This document shows, piece after piece, positions 52,938 to 62,144 of a DNA stretch of 64,000 bases (position 1 is the stretch's first letter; the number at the start of each line of letters is the position of its first letter). Under the pieces are notes generated by a model, which did no database searches, was not told the origin of the DNA, and saw nothing but the letters and a program-made list of their open reading frames with translations. This DNA comes from an uncultured Planctomycetota bacterium. Its GTDB lineage: Bacteria > Planctomycetota > PLA2 > JAEUHO01. The stretch is taken from contig CAVVXN010000002.1 of NCBI GenBank assembly GCA_963752285.1, positions 480,001 through 544,000 on the forward strand, given 5' to 3'. Both the position numbers and the translations under genes were made by a program.

Positions 52938-55547
52938 TCAGCGCGGGCAGCTCTTCTCGATCTGCTTCACCATGTCGGGGTCGAGGGGGGCGTCGAGCTC
53001 CCTCGCACGGTCGAGGTCGGCGCGGGCGCCGTCGCACGAGCCCACGTACGACCGCGCGAGCGCGCGGAGAAGGAAGGCGTAGCCGTTCTCGGGCTTCCAC
53101 GCGATCGCGCGGTCGAGCTCCGGGAGCGCCTCCGCGTAGCGTTCGACGTACACGAGCGACGCGCCGGCGACGAAGTGCCAGGGGCCGTAGTCGGGCTCCT
53201 TCCGCGCGGCCTCGAGCCCGTCCCGGGCGGCGTCCTCGTAGCGCCCCATGAGGAACGCCGTGTAGGCGCGCTGCCCGCGCGCTTCGTTCAGCGAGTCGTC
53301 GAGCGCGAGCGCCTTCGTGAACGAGCGGACCGCCTCCTCCGTGCCCGCCCACGCGTTGCCCCGCTCGTACCAGGCCCGGGCGTCGTCCGGCGCGAGCTCG
53401 ACCGCGCGGTCCACGTCCCTCCTCGCCTCGTCCGTCCGCTGCGCCGCGGCGAGGGCCCCGGAGCGCCCGAGGAGCGCGTCCACGTCGTCGGGCTCGTCCC
53501 GGAGCACCCGGTCGTAGTCGGACAGCGACGCCTCGGTGCGTCCGAGCTGGAACTGCCAGAACGCGCGGAAATGACGCTGCGAGCTCCAGTCGGGGTGCTG
53601 CTTCAGCACCTCCGTCATGTCGGCCACGGCTCCGGCGAAGTCGCCGAGACCGCCGCGCGCGTACCCGCGGACCGAGAGCGCGGACATGCCCCCGAGGTGG
53701 GCGTCCACGAGCTTCGCGGCCTCGGCCCCAGCGCGCTCGAAGTCGCCGTCGAGGAGGAGCGCGTTCGCGAGGAGGAGGCGCTCGCGCCAGAGGTAGGGCT
53801 GCTCGGCGAGCGGCTTCTCGAGAAGCGCGATCGCCGTCTTCGCGTCGCCGCGGAGGTACGCGAGCATCCCCTCCACGCGCGCACGGAGCGGGTGGTCGGC
53901 CGGCAGCGCCGCCGCGTCGGCCTCGGCGCCCGCGAGGAGCGCCCGCTTCGCGTCCGGCGGGGGCGTCGGGGTGAACTTCATGCTCTTCGCCGTCGCCACG
54001 GCGCTCGGGATCACGTCCGGAACCTGGAACACGCGCGCGATCGCGCGGCGGCCGTGCGCGTCGTCGTCGGTGGGGTCGAGCAGGAGGACGCGCGTCCAGT
54101 CCGTCTCGGCCTCGGCGTGACGGCCCGCGAAGCCCTCGGACCGCGCGCGCATGCGGAGCGCCGGCGGGTAGTCCGGCGCCGCGCGGACGGCGTCCTCGGC
54201 GAGGCGCCCGAGATCGGCCACCGCGCGGTCCATCCCGGGCGTGCCTTCCTGGTCGGCGGCCTCGAGGCGTTGCACCTCCTCGAGGACGGCGCGCGCCTTC
54301 CCGAGGTACCCGTCGGCGCGCGCCACCTCCGTCCGCCGAGCCGCCAGGGCGCGGAGCGCGCCCGCGCCGAGGACCGCGCCGGCCACGGCGAGGGCGAACA
54401 GGACCACCAGCGCCGCGGCGATCGCGGGCCGGCGTCGCGCGAAGCGGCGCGCCCGCTCGAGGACGCCGACCCGGTGCGCGGCGACGGTGCGTCCGTCGAG
54501 GTACCGGTCGAGGTCGTCGAGCAGCGCCTCGGCGGAGGAGTAGCGGTCGTCGGGCTGGCGCTCGGTGGCGCGCGCGACGATCCACACGAGGTCGTCCGTC
54601 CCCGTGAGCCGCGGGAACCGCCCGGCCGCGACCAGACGGAGGACCTCGACGGGGCCGGGCCCCGTGTAGGGGATCCGTCCCTCCACGAGCGCGAAGAGCG
54701 TCGCGCCGAGCCCGTACACGTCGGTCCGCGCGTCCGCGCTGGCGCCGCGCGCCTGCTCGGGCGCCATGAAGGAGGGGGTCCCGAGCACCTCGCCCGTCAC
54801 GGTCAGGTTCGAGCCGTCGTCGATCCGCCGCGCGAGCCCGAAGTCGGTGACCACCACCTGCCCGTCGGGCATCTCGATCAGGTTCGCGGGCTTGACGTCC
54901 CGGTGGACGATGCCGCGCGCGTGCGCGTGGGCCACGCCGCGCGCCGCGTCGCGCACCACCTCGACCGCGCGCCGCCGGTCGAGCGTGCGTCCCTGGAGGG
55001 ACTCGCCCTCGACGTAGTGCATCGCGAGGAACACGCGTTCGTCGTGGGCGCCCACGTCGTAGACCTGCGCGACGTTCGGGTGCGACAGCTCCGCGGCGAG
55101 CGCCGCCTCCCGGAGGAACCGGGGAACGAGGTCCGGGTCGGGCACGAGCAGGAACTTGAGCGCCACCCAGCGCGCGAGCGACCGGTCGTAGGCCTTCCAG
55201 ACCTCGCCCATGCCCCCTTGGCCGAGCTTCGAGACGAGCACGTAGCGGCCGAAGCACGCCCGGGGGTCGCCGGCCCGCGCGCGGACGTCGGACGGGAGCG
55301 TCGAGTCGTCGGGGGGGCCGACCTGCTCCAGCACGTCCAGGTCGCGCTCGAGCCGGGCGAGCAGCCGGCCGGGGATCACCCCCTCCGAGACGAGGCGTGG
55401 GGCGAGGCCGCCCGGCGAGGTGCTCTCGAGCCACCGCGCGATCTCGTCGCTCCCGACGAGGCCGCGCTCGACGAGAAGGTCCGCGAGACGGCGGTCCCGC
55501 TGGGAGGCCTCCAGGTCCTCGGGGGCGGCTCGGTCGGAGGTCACCAC
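52938..55547 (-). CDS. Ser/Thr protein kinase with TM and C-terminal TPRs
   Basis: LGQGGMGEV, VALK, HRDVKPAN, DFGLAR, GTPSFMAPE, DVYGLG; TM; multiple TPRs. Confidence 0.93.
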   Translation of the reverse strand: MVTSDRAAPEDLEASQRDRRLADLLVERGLVGSDEIARWLESTSPGGLAPRLVSEGVIPGRLLARLERDLDVLEQVGPPDDSTLPSDVRARAGDPRACFGRYVLVSKLGQGGMGEVWKAYDRSLARWVALKFLLVPDPDLVPRFLREAALAAELSHPNVAQVYDVGAHDERVFLAMHYVEGESLQGRTLDRRRAVEVVRDAARGVAHAHARGIVHRDVKPANLIEMPDGQVVVTDFGLARRIDDGSNLTVTGEVLGTPSFMAPEQARGASADARTDVYGLGATLFALVEGRIPYTGPGPVEVLRLVAAGRFPRLTGTDDLVWIVARATERQPDDRYSSAEALLDDLDRYLDGRTVAAHRVGVLERARRFARRRPAIAAALVVLFALAVAGAVLGAGALRALAARRTEVARADGYLGKARAVLEEVQRLEAADQEGTPGMDRAVADLGRLAEDAVRAAPDYPPALRMRARSEGFAGRHAEAETDWTRVLLLDPTDDDAHGRRAIARVFQVPDVIPSAVATAKSMKFTPTPPPDAKRALLAGAEADAAALPADHPLRARVEGMLAYLRGDAKTAIALLEKPLAEQPYLWRERLLLANALLLDGDFERAGAEAAKLVDAHLGGMSALSVRGYARGGLGDFAGAVADMTEVLKQHPDWSSQRHFRAFWQFQLGRTEASLSDYDRVLRDEPDDVDALLGRSGALAAAQRTDEARRDVDRAVELAPDDARAWYERGNAWAGTEEAVRSFTKALALDDSLNEARGQRAYTAFLMGRYEDAARDGLEAARKEPDYGPWHFVAGASLVYVERYAEALPELDRAIAWKPENGYAFLLRALARSYVGSCDGARADLDRARELDAPLDPDMVKQIEKSCPR

Positions 55548-55625
55548 GAGAGCCTACCGGCCCTCGGGCGTGGGGGGTACGGCGTACGATTCCCACGTCG
55601 CCCAGGGAGGGCGCGGGAGGATCCG

Positions 55626-55880
55626 ATGGACGGAGTGATGCTCGGGATCGCGGTGCTCGCCTTCGTTTTGGTCCTGTCCCCCCGGCTGGGGTGGGACGCG
55701 GGCCCCGCGCGACTGAAGATGCTGGTGGCGGCCGTGCTCTACGGCCTCTCGATCGCGCTGCCGACCTTCGCGCTCTTGGGTACCACCCGGGAGACGGGCT
55801 GGGCCGTCGCGGGCGGCATCGCGGGCGCGGCCGGCGCCGTGGTCACGATCCTCGCGGTGCTGGACCTGCGGCGGGCCTGA
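55626..55880 (+). CDS. Small membrane protein (84 aa, 3 TMs)
   Basis: GGGAGG RBS, TACGAT -10-like hexamer upstream, hydrophobic sequence. Confidence 0.65.
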   Translation: MDGVMLGIAVLAFVLVLSPRLGWDAGPARLKMLVAAVLYGLSIALPTFALLGTTRETGWAVAGGIAGAAGAVVTILAVLDLRRA

Positions 55881-55892
55881 GCCCGCGTCGGT

Positions 55893-56798
55893 TCAGGCGA
55901 CGGCCGCCGCGAGCGCCCCGAGCGTCTCGGCGACGTCGGCCCGGACGCGGACCGCGGCGTCGTCGTCGGCCCGCGTGCGGCCCAGGTTCACGATGGCGAC
56001 CGGCACGCCCCGATCGTGCGCGCTGCGCACGAACCGGTACCCCGAGAACACCATCAGGGACGACCCGGCCACGAGCAGGAGGTCCGCCTCGCCGACCCGG
56101 GCGTACGCCTCCTCCACGCGCGGCTTCGGCACGTTCTCCCCGAAGAAGACGACGTCCGGCTTCAGGACCCCGCCGCACGCCTCGCAACCCGGAACGACGA
56201 TGCCCGCGAGGTCCACGCCCTCGAGGTCGGCGTCGCCGTCGGGGGCGGTGGGCGCCGACCGCCCCGCGACCGGGCGGAACGATCCGGCGAGCCGCGCCTG
56301 GTAGGCCTCGCGCGAGGACCGCGCACGGCACCTGAGGCACACGACCTCGTCGATGCGGCCGTGCAGGTCGAGCACGCGCCGGCTCCCGGCGCGCTGGTGA
56401 AGGCCGTCCACGTTCTGCGTCAGCACGTGGTGCACGCGACCCGCCGCCTCGAGCCGTTCGAGGGCGCGGTGCGCCGCGTTCGGTCGCGCGTCGCGCATGC
56501 GCGGCCATCCGACGAGGCTGCGGGCCCAGTATCGGCGTCGCGCAGCGTCGCTGTCGGCGAAGGCCCGGAACGCCATCGGCGGCCGCCGTTTCCACGCGCC
56601 GTTCTCGTCGCGGTAGTCGGGAATGCCCGACGCGGTGCTGATTCCGGCCCCCGTCAGCACGACCCACCTCCGGCGCGCCGACGCGAGGTCGAGGAGCGGT
56701 CGAACGGACGCCGGGGACGGGCCCGGGTGGGCGGACGTGGGGGGAGAGGTCAAGGGGGTCTCTGGCGACGAGGTCCTGGGAAGCGCGCGGACGGGCAT
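55893..56798 (-). CDS. cobB: NAD-dependent protein deacylase (sirtuin, class II/SIRT4-like)
   Basis: LTGAGISTASGIPDYR, YWARS..GWP, TQNVDGLH, DLHG, CxxC...CxxC, KPDVVFFGE, GSSLMVFSG. Start uncertain (possibly TTG 56753). Confidence 0.92.
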   Translation of the reverse strand: MPVRALPRTSSPETPLTSPPTSAHPGPSPASVRPLLDLASARRRWVVLTGAGISTASGIPDYRDENGAWKRRPPMAFRAFADSDAARRRYWARSLVGWPRMRDARPNAAHRALERLEAAGRVHHVLTQNVDGLHQRAGSRRVLDLHGRIDEVVCLRCRARSSREAYQARLAGSFRPVAGRSAPTAPDGDADLEGVDLAGIVVPGCEACGGVLKPDVVFFGENVPKPRVEEAYARVGEADLLLVAGSSLMVFSGYRFVRSAHDRGVPVAIVNLGRTRADDDAAVRVRADVAETLGALAAAVA

Positions 56799-56910
56799 CG
56801 TATCCGTCCGCGCCCGGTCCCGCCGCGCGCGGTCCGCGCGTGCACCCTCTCTCCGCGAGGTTGAGCGGTAGGATGCGCGGTCCTCGCGACGCCGCCGCAC
56901 GCGAGCTCCG

Positions 56911-58836
56911 ATGCCCAACGAACCCAGCCCTCCCGCCCCGGACCCCTTCACGCCCGACCTCTCGGGGCACACGCTGCTCGGCACGTATCGCGTCGAGCGC
57001 TACCTCGCCGACGGCGGCATGGGGCGGGTGTACCTCGCGCGCGACGTCTCGCTCGACCGGGCCGTGATCGTGAAGGTGCCGCACCCGCGCTTCCTCGCGG
57101 AGCCGGGCTTCCGCGAGCGCTTCGCGGCCGAGATCGCGGGGCTCGTCCGGCTCGAGCACCCGCACGTCGTGCGCATCCTGGGCCGCGGCGAGGAGGACGG
57201 CGTGCCGTTCCTCGTCCTGCAGTACCTCGGCGGGGGCTCGCTCGAGTCGCGGCTCGAGTCGGCGCGGCGTCGTCGGCTGCCGGTGGGCGAGATCGTCTCG
57301 TGGCTGCCGGCCGTCGCGACCACGCTCGACGTGGTCCACGAGCGCGGGTACCTCCACCGCGACGTGAAGCCGGCCAACATCCTCTTCGACGAGGAGGGCC
57401 ATCCGTTCCTCTCGGACTTCGGCGTGGCGAAGGCGGTCGAGTCGGACGATGCGGGCCGTACGAACCCCGGCACCGGCGTCGGCTCGCCGCGGTACATGGC
57501 CCCCGAGCAGGCGATCGGCGACTCGATCGGTCCTGCGGCCGACCAGTACGCCCTGGCCTCCTGCGTGTACGAGTGCCTCGCGGGGTCCCCGCCGTTCGCG
57601 CGGGGCGGCGCCGTCGAGACGATGGTCGCGAAGACGAAGGAGGAGGCGCCGCCGATCGCCGCCCGGGCGTCGAATCTCCCGCCGGTCGCGGCGGACGCCG
57701 TGATGCGCGCGCTCTCGCGGGTGCCGGAGGCCCGGTTCGGGAGCTGCCGCGGCTTCGCGGAGGCGTTCCTCCAGGGCCTCGGCCTCGCCGTGCCGGGGAC
57801 GCCCGCGCCCACGACGGGGACCCGGATCCCCACGGTGCCGCGGCGCGCCGGGCGTCGTCGCTACGTCGTCGGGATTGCCGCCGGGCTCGCGCTGGCCGCG
57901 ACCGCCGCGGTCCTGTTGGGAATCCGTCCGCCGCCTTCGGGCGCGCCGGCCGAGCCGCACCGGACCGAGGTGCACCTCTCGAACGCGGGTGCGGAGCCGC
58001 GACAGCTCCTGCGCTACCAGGTGGCCGCGGGCGCGCGGGAGCGCGTGCACATCGACCTCGAGATGCGGACGCAGGTGAAGCCCCAGGTCGCGCCGGGCGC
58101 GTCCACCTCGGACCCGGCCCCGGCCGCGGTCGTGGCCGACCGCCTGGCGGTGGACGCCGAGGTGAACGTGGAGAAGGTGAACCCGAGCACGGGGGAGTTC
58201 GAGTACACCCTGGAGGTCCTCGACGTCACCCTGCCGTCCTCCGGGCCGGACCCCGAGGCGGAGCGGCCGCGGCACTGGTTCACGCCCGACGAGGTCCGTC
58301 CGCTCGTGGGCGTGCGCCTGCGCGCGACCGCCGACGCGCTGGGACGCGTGCGCGCATTCGAGCGCACGGGGAGCACGGACGCGCTCCCGTCGAACAGCCA
58401 GAGCGCGCTCGAGCTCGTTCACGTCGGCCTGCGCGAGGCCTTCGTTCCGCTGCCCGCGGAGCCCGTGGGCGTCGGCGCGGAGTGGACGGTCGCGGAGACC
58501 GGGATCGAGGCGGGCATCTGGAGCGCGAAGGCCACCAGCTACAAGCTCCGGGAGAAAGCGGGGTACGAGCTGACCATCGAGACGGACAGCGGAGGGGTCC
58601 GGCGACCGCGGGACCTCTCGCTGCCGGGCGTGACCGGGTTCGCGGTCCGTCTCGGGACCATGACCACGTCCACGCGGGGGACCGTGGTCCAGAACCTGAC
58701 GCAGCTCGCGCCGGTCTCGGGCGCGATGCGTGGCACGGCCGACGTCTCGATCGAGCGGACCGGGGCCAAGCCGTCCGGCGACCTCGAGATCGTGACCCTC
58801 GCCGAGATGCGCCGCGTCGAGAAGGACGTGCGCTGA
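56911..58836 (+). CDS. Ser/Thr protein kinase with TM and extracytoplasmic beta-rich domain
   Basis: LADGGMGRV, VIVK, HRDVKPAN, DFGVAK, GSPRYMAPE; TM; C-term GAEPRQLLRY...PLPAEPVGVGAEW. Confidence 0.9.
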   Translation: MPNEPSPPAPDPFTPDLSGHTLLGTYRVERYLADGGMGRVYLARDVSLDRAVIVKVPHPRFLAEPGFRERFAAEIAGLVRLEHPHVVRILGRGEEDGVPFLVLQYLGGGSLESRLESARRRRLPVGEIVSWLPAVATTLDVVHERGYLHRDVKPANILFDEEGHPFLSDFGVAKAVESDDAGRTNPGTGVGSPRYMAPEQAIGDSIGPAADQYALASCVYECLAGSPPFARGGAVETMVAKTKEEAPPIAARASNLPPVAADAVMRALSRVPEARFGSCRGFAEAFLQGLGLAVPGTPAPTTGTRIPTVPRRAGRRRYVVGIAAGLALAATAAVLLGIRPPPSGAPAEPHRTEVHLSNAGAEPRQLLRYQVAAGARERVHIDLEMRTQVKPQVAPGASTSDPAPAAVVADRLAVDAEVNVEKVNPSTGEFEYTLEVLDVTLPSSGPDPEAERPRHWFTPDEVRPLVGVRLRATADALGRVRAFERTGSTDALPSNSQSALELVHVGLREAFVPLPAEPVGVGAEWTVAETGIEAGIWSAKATSYKLREKAGYELTIETDSGGVRRPRDLSLPGVTGFAVRLGTMTTSTRGTVVQNLTQLAPVSGAMRGTADVSIERTGAKPSGDLEIVTLAEMRRVEKDVR

Positions 58837-58844
58837 GGCCCGCG

Positions 58845-59921
58845 GTGCGCGTCGCGGACCTGGACTACGACCTCCCCGCGTCGCAGGTCGCGCAGGTGCC
58901 GCCCGCGCGGCGCGAGGATGCGCGGCTGCTCGTGGTGCGGGACGAGGCGATCGCCGACCGCTCGATCGGCGACCTGCCCGAGCTCCTGCAACCGGGCGAC
59001 CTCCTGGTCGTGAACGACACGCGCGTGCTCGCGGCGCGCCTCGCCGCGCGGCGCGCGACCGGCGGCGCGGTGAGCGTGCTGGCCCTCGGACCCGCGTCCG
59101 GGGCCGGCGAGGCGTGGGAGGCGCTGCTCGGGTCGGGGGGGACGCTTCGTGCCGGGGAGGTGCTGGAGGTCGGAGGCGACGGGACGGGGCTCCGGCTCCT
59201 CGGCCCGCTCGAGGAAGGACGGTGGCGCGTCGAGGGCGTGGGCGCGGACGTACGCACGATCCTCGAACGACACGGACGGATGCCGCTCCCGCCGTACGTG
59301 CGCCGGGACCGCGAGGATCCCCGCGACGACCTCGACCGGGAGCGTTACCAGACGGTCTTCGCGCGCGAGGCGGGCGCCGTCGCGGCGCCGACGGCGGGTC
59401 TCCACCTGACGGCACCGCTCCTCGATCGGTGTCGCGCCCGTGGGGTCGAGATCGCGCCGGTCACCCTGCACGTCGGTCTCGGAACGTTCGCGCCCGTCCG
59501 GGTGGAGTCCTTCGAGGACCACGACATGCACGAGGAGGCGTACGTGGTCCCGGAGGGCACGGCCGCGGCGTGGGTGCGGGCCCGCGAGGCGGGAGGACGG
59601 GTCGTCGCCGTGGGGACGACGGTGGTCCGCGCGCTCGAGTCGGCCGCGCTCCGGTCGCCGGACGGCCGCCCGGTCCGAGGGGCGGATCGAACGCGGTTGC
59701 TCGTCCTCCCGGGTTTCGCGTTTCGCGCCGTGGACCTCCTCCTCACGAACTTCCACCTCCCGCGTTCGACGCTTCTCGCGCTGGTCTGCGCGTTCGCCGG
59801 CACCGAGCGCGTGCTGGCCGCGTACCGCGAGGCCGTCCGCCGTGGCTACCGGTTCTTCTCGTACGGCGACGCGACCCTCCTCACGCGCGAGGCGGCCGGG
59901 ACGTGCCGTTCCCCGCCGTGA
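58845..59921 (+). CDS. queA: S-adenosylmethionine:tRNA ribosyltransferase-isomerase
   Basis: DYDLP, VVNDTRV, PLPPY, RYQTVFA, GAVAAPTAGLH, LHVGLGTF, VGTTVVRALES, TNFHLPRSTL, YRFFSYGDA. Confidence 0.97.
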   Translation: MRVADLDYDLPASQVAQVPPARREDARLLVVRDEAIADRSIGDLPELLQPGDLLVVNDTRVLAARLAARRATGGAVSVLALGPASGAGEAWEALLGSGGTLRAGEVLEVGGDGTGLRLLGPLEEGRWRVEGVGADVRTILERHGRMPLPPYVRRDREDPRDDLDRERYQTVFAREAGAVAAPTAGLHLTAPLLDRCRARGVEIAPVTLHVGLGTFAPVRVESFEDHDMHEEAYVVPEGTAAAWVRAREAGGRVVAVGTTVVRALESAALRSPDGRPVRGADRTRLLVLPGFAFRAVDLLLTNFHLPRSTLLALVCAFAGTERVLAAYREAVRRGYRFFSYGDATLLTREAAGTCRSPP

Positions 59922-61090
59922 CCTCGTGTCCGCCGCCGACCGCCGCGCGAACGGGACCGCCCGGGGACCCGATCCCCGAGCTCACGTCGATCGGCCGCTC
60001 GCACGGCTTCGAGGTCGTCGGCGTGACGTCGGGCGATCTCCTCGACGCCGCGCGCGACGCGCTGAGGGCGTGGCTCGCCGCGGGCCACCACGCCGGCATG
60101 GGGTGGATGGCGCGCGACCCCGACGGGCGCGCCGACCCACGGCGTCTCTCGGACGAGGTCCGAAGCGTCGTGACGGTCGCCGTGGCCCACGCCTCGAAGG
60201 CCCCGCCCTTCGAGGCCGAGGGCCGCTACGGGCGCGTCGCGCGGTACGCGTGGGGGCGCGACTACCACGGCGAGATGCTCCCCCGTCTCCGGGCGATGGG
60301 GGAAGACGTCAAGATGCGCCTCGGCGCGCGCCGGTTCTTCGCGCTCACCGACCACGCGCCGTTCCTCGAGCGCGCGGCGGCCGTGCGCGCGGGCGTGGGC
60401 TTCGCCGGGAAGAACACGTGCCTGATCCGGCCGCGCGAGGGCTCCTGGTTCCTGCTCGGCGAGCTCCTCGTGGACGTGGACCTTCCGCCGACCGCGCCGT
60501 CGGGCGCGGAGCACTGCGGGACGTGCACGCGCTGCCTTCCCGCCTGTCCGACCGACGCGTTCGTGGCGCCGTACGTGCTCGACGCGCGCCGGTGCGTCTC
60601 GTACCTCACGATCGAGCACCGCGGCGCGATCGACCGCGCGCTCCGCCCCCGGATGGGCGCGTGGGTCTTCGGCTGCGACGTCTGCCAGGAGGTCTGCCCG
60701 TTCAACGAGGGGAGGGCCCCCGTGCCCTGGCCCTCCCTCGAGCCCGACCAGGGCGTCGGTCCGCGCCTCGACCTCGTGGAGACGCTCTCCCTCTGCGACG
60801 ACGACGCGTTCCGGCGCCGCTTCGCGGGGACGCCGCTCCTCCGCCCGCGCCGCGCGGGGCTGCTCCGAAACGCCGCGATCGCCGCGCGAAACGTCGGCGC
60901 GACCGCGGCGGTCCCCGCCCTCGTGTCGCGTGTGACGGACGACTCCGAGCCCGGGGTGCGCGGCCCCGCGCTCTTCGCCCTCTTCGGTCTCGCTCCGGAC
61001 CGCGCCCGCCCGCTCGCCGACCGAGCCCGCCGCGCCGACCCCGACCCGACCGTCCGCGCGGAGGCGGAGGCGGGCCTCGCCGAATCCTGA
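59918..61090 (+). CDS. queG: Epoxyqueuosine reductase
   Basis: ARYAWGRDYH, GKNTCLI, GSWFLLGE, CGTCTRCLPACPT, RCVSYLTIE, FGCDVCQEVCPFN, RNAAIA; GTGA-coupled to queA. Confidence 0.96.
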   Translation: MTSCPPPTAARTGPPGDPIPELTSIGRSHGFEVVGVTSGDLLDAARDALRAWLAAGHHAGMGWMARDPDGRADPRRLSDEVRSVVTVAVAHASKAPPFEAEGRYGRVARYAWGRDYHGEMLPRLRAMGEDVKMRLGARRFFALTDHAPFLERAAAVRAGVGFAGKNTCLIRPREGSWFLLGELLVDVDLPPTAPSGAEHCGTCTRCLPACPTDAFVAPYVLDARRCVSYLTIEHRGAIDRALRPRMGAWVFGCDVCQEVCPFNEGRAPVPWPSLEPDQGVGPRLDLVETLSLCDDDAFRRRFAGTPLLRPRRAGLLRNAAIAARNVGATAAVPALVSRVTDDSEPGVRGPALFALFGLAPDRARPLADRARRADPDPTVRAEAEAGLAES

Positions 61091-61207
61091 CCGCGCCCGC
61101 CCCCTCGCCGCCGGGCGACGTTGCCGAGCGACGGCGCGGCGGCGTCCGGCCGAGGGCCCGTCGATCGCGCCCGCGGTCCAGGGTGCGCGCCGAGACGAGC
61201 CGTGCGG

Positions 61208-62140
61208 TCAAGGGTTCGCGCGGGGGTCCTGCAAGATCCGACGCGTGCGGAGGGTCGGGCCGTCGCGCCCTGCGATCGCCACGAGTCGGCCATCGGCCTC
61301 CACGCGAACGTCGCCGGGCACGCCGCGCTCGTGCTCCTCGAGCACGACGGGATGCCCGCGCGCGAGGAGCCCGAGGCGTTCGGCCGACAGCGCGAGGACG
61401 GGCAGGTCGGCGACCGCCGCCGCGAGCGGCGCCACGACCCCTTGGAACCGGCCCGACGCGCCCGCCGCGCGGACCGCGTCGAGCGTCGCGAGGTCCGCCT
61501 CGCGGAAGGGACCCTCCTCCGTGCGCCGGAGCGACTCGACGTGCGCGCCACACCCGAGCCGGCGGCCGAGGTCGCGCGCGATCGCGCGCACGTAGGTCCC
61601 GGGCCCGCAGCAGAGGTCGAGCACGGCCGTGTCGATGCGCTCGGTCGCGTGGGCCCCGTCCACGAGGTCGAGGCCGTGCACGAGGACCCGGCGCGGCGCG
61701 TGCTCGACCGGCGCGCCGCGCCGGGCGCGGTGGTACGCGCGCTCGCCCTCCACGCGGAGGGCGGCGAAGGTGGGGGGGACCTGCTCGACGTCGCCCACGA
61801 AATCGGCGAGCGACGCGCGGACCTCGGCCGCCGTGGGCCGCGCGTCGCTTCGCCGCGTGATCTCGCCCTGGGCGTCGTCCGTCGTCCGCTCCTCGCCGAA
61901 CCGGACCGAGAAGCGATACCGCCGCGGCGCGCGGGCGAGCCAGGGGATCAGCTTCGTCGCGTCGCCGAGCGCGATCGCGAGCGCCCCCGACGCCAGGGGG
62001 TCGAGGGTCCCCGCGTAGCCGGCCTTCTTCGGGCCGATCGCGTCCTTCACCAGCTCGAGCGCCGCGGTCGATCCGACGCCGACCGGCTTGTCGAGGGCGA
62101 TCCACCCGTGGACCGCGCGTCGCGGGCTCGGCCGGGTCAC
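61208..62140 (-). CDS. truB: tRNA pseudouridine(55) synthase
   Basis: GWIALDKP, GYAGTLDPLASG, TDDAQG, QVPPTFAALRVEGERAY, CGPGTYVRAIARDLG, LRRT..GPF. Confidence 0.93.
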   Translation of the reverse strand: MTRPSPRRAVHGWIALDKPVGVGSTAALELVKDAIGPKKAGYAGTLDPLASGALAIALGDATKLIPWLARAPRRYRFSVRFGEERTTDDAQGEITRRSDARPTAAEVRASLADFVGDVEQVPPTFAALRVEGERAYHRARRGAPVEHAPRRVLVHGLDLVDGAHATERIDTAVLDLCCGPGTYVRAIARDLGRRLGCGAHVESLRRTEEGPFREADLATLDAVRAAGASGRFQGVVAPLAAAVADLPVLALSAERLGLLARGHPVVLEEHERGVPGDVRVEADGRLVAIAGRDGPTLRTRRILQDPRANP

Positions 62141-62144
62141 GCCG

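Noticed and set aside
55893..56798. Second sirtuin as part of the defence system
   Set aside because: Canonical Zn-binding protein deacylase motifs and a housekeeping context 40 kb away from the cluster.
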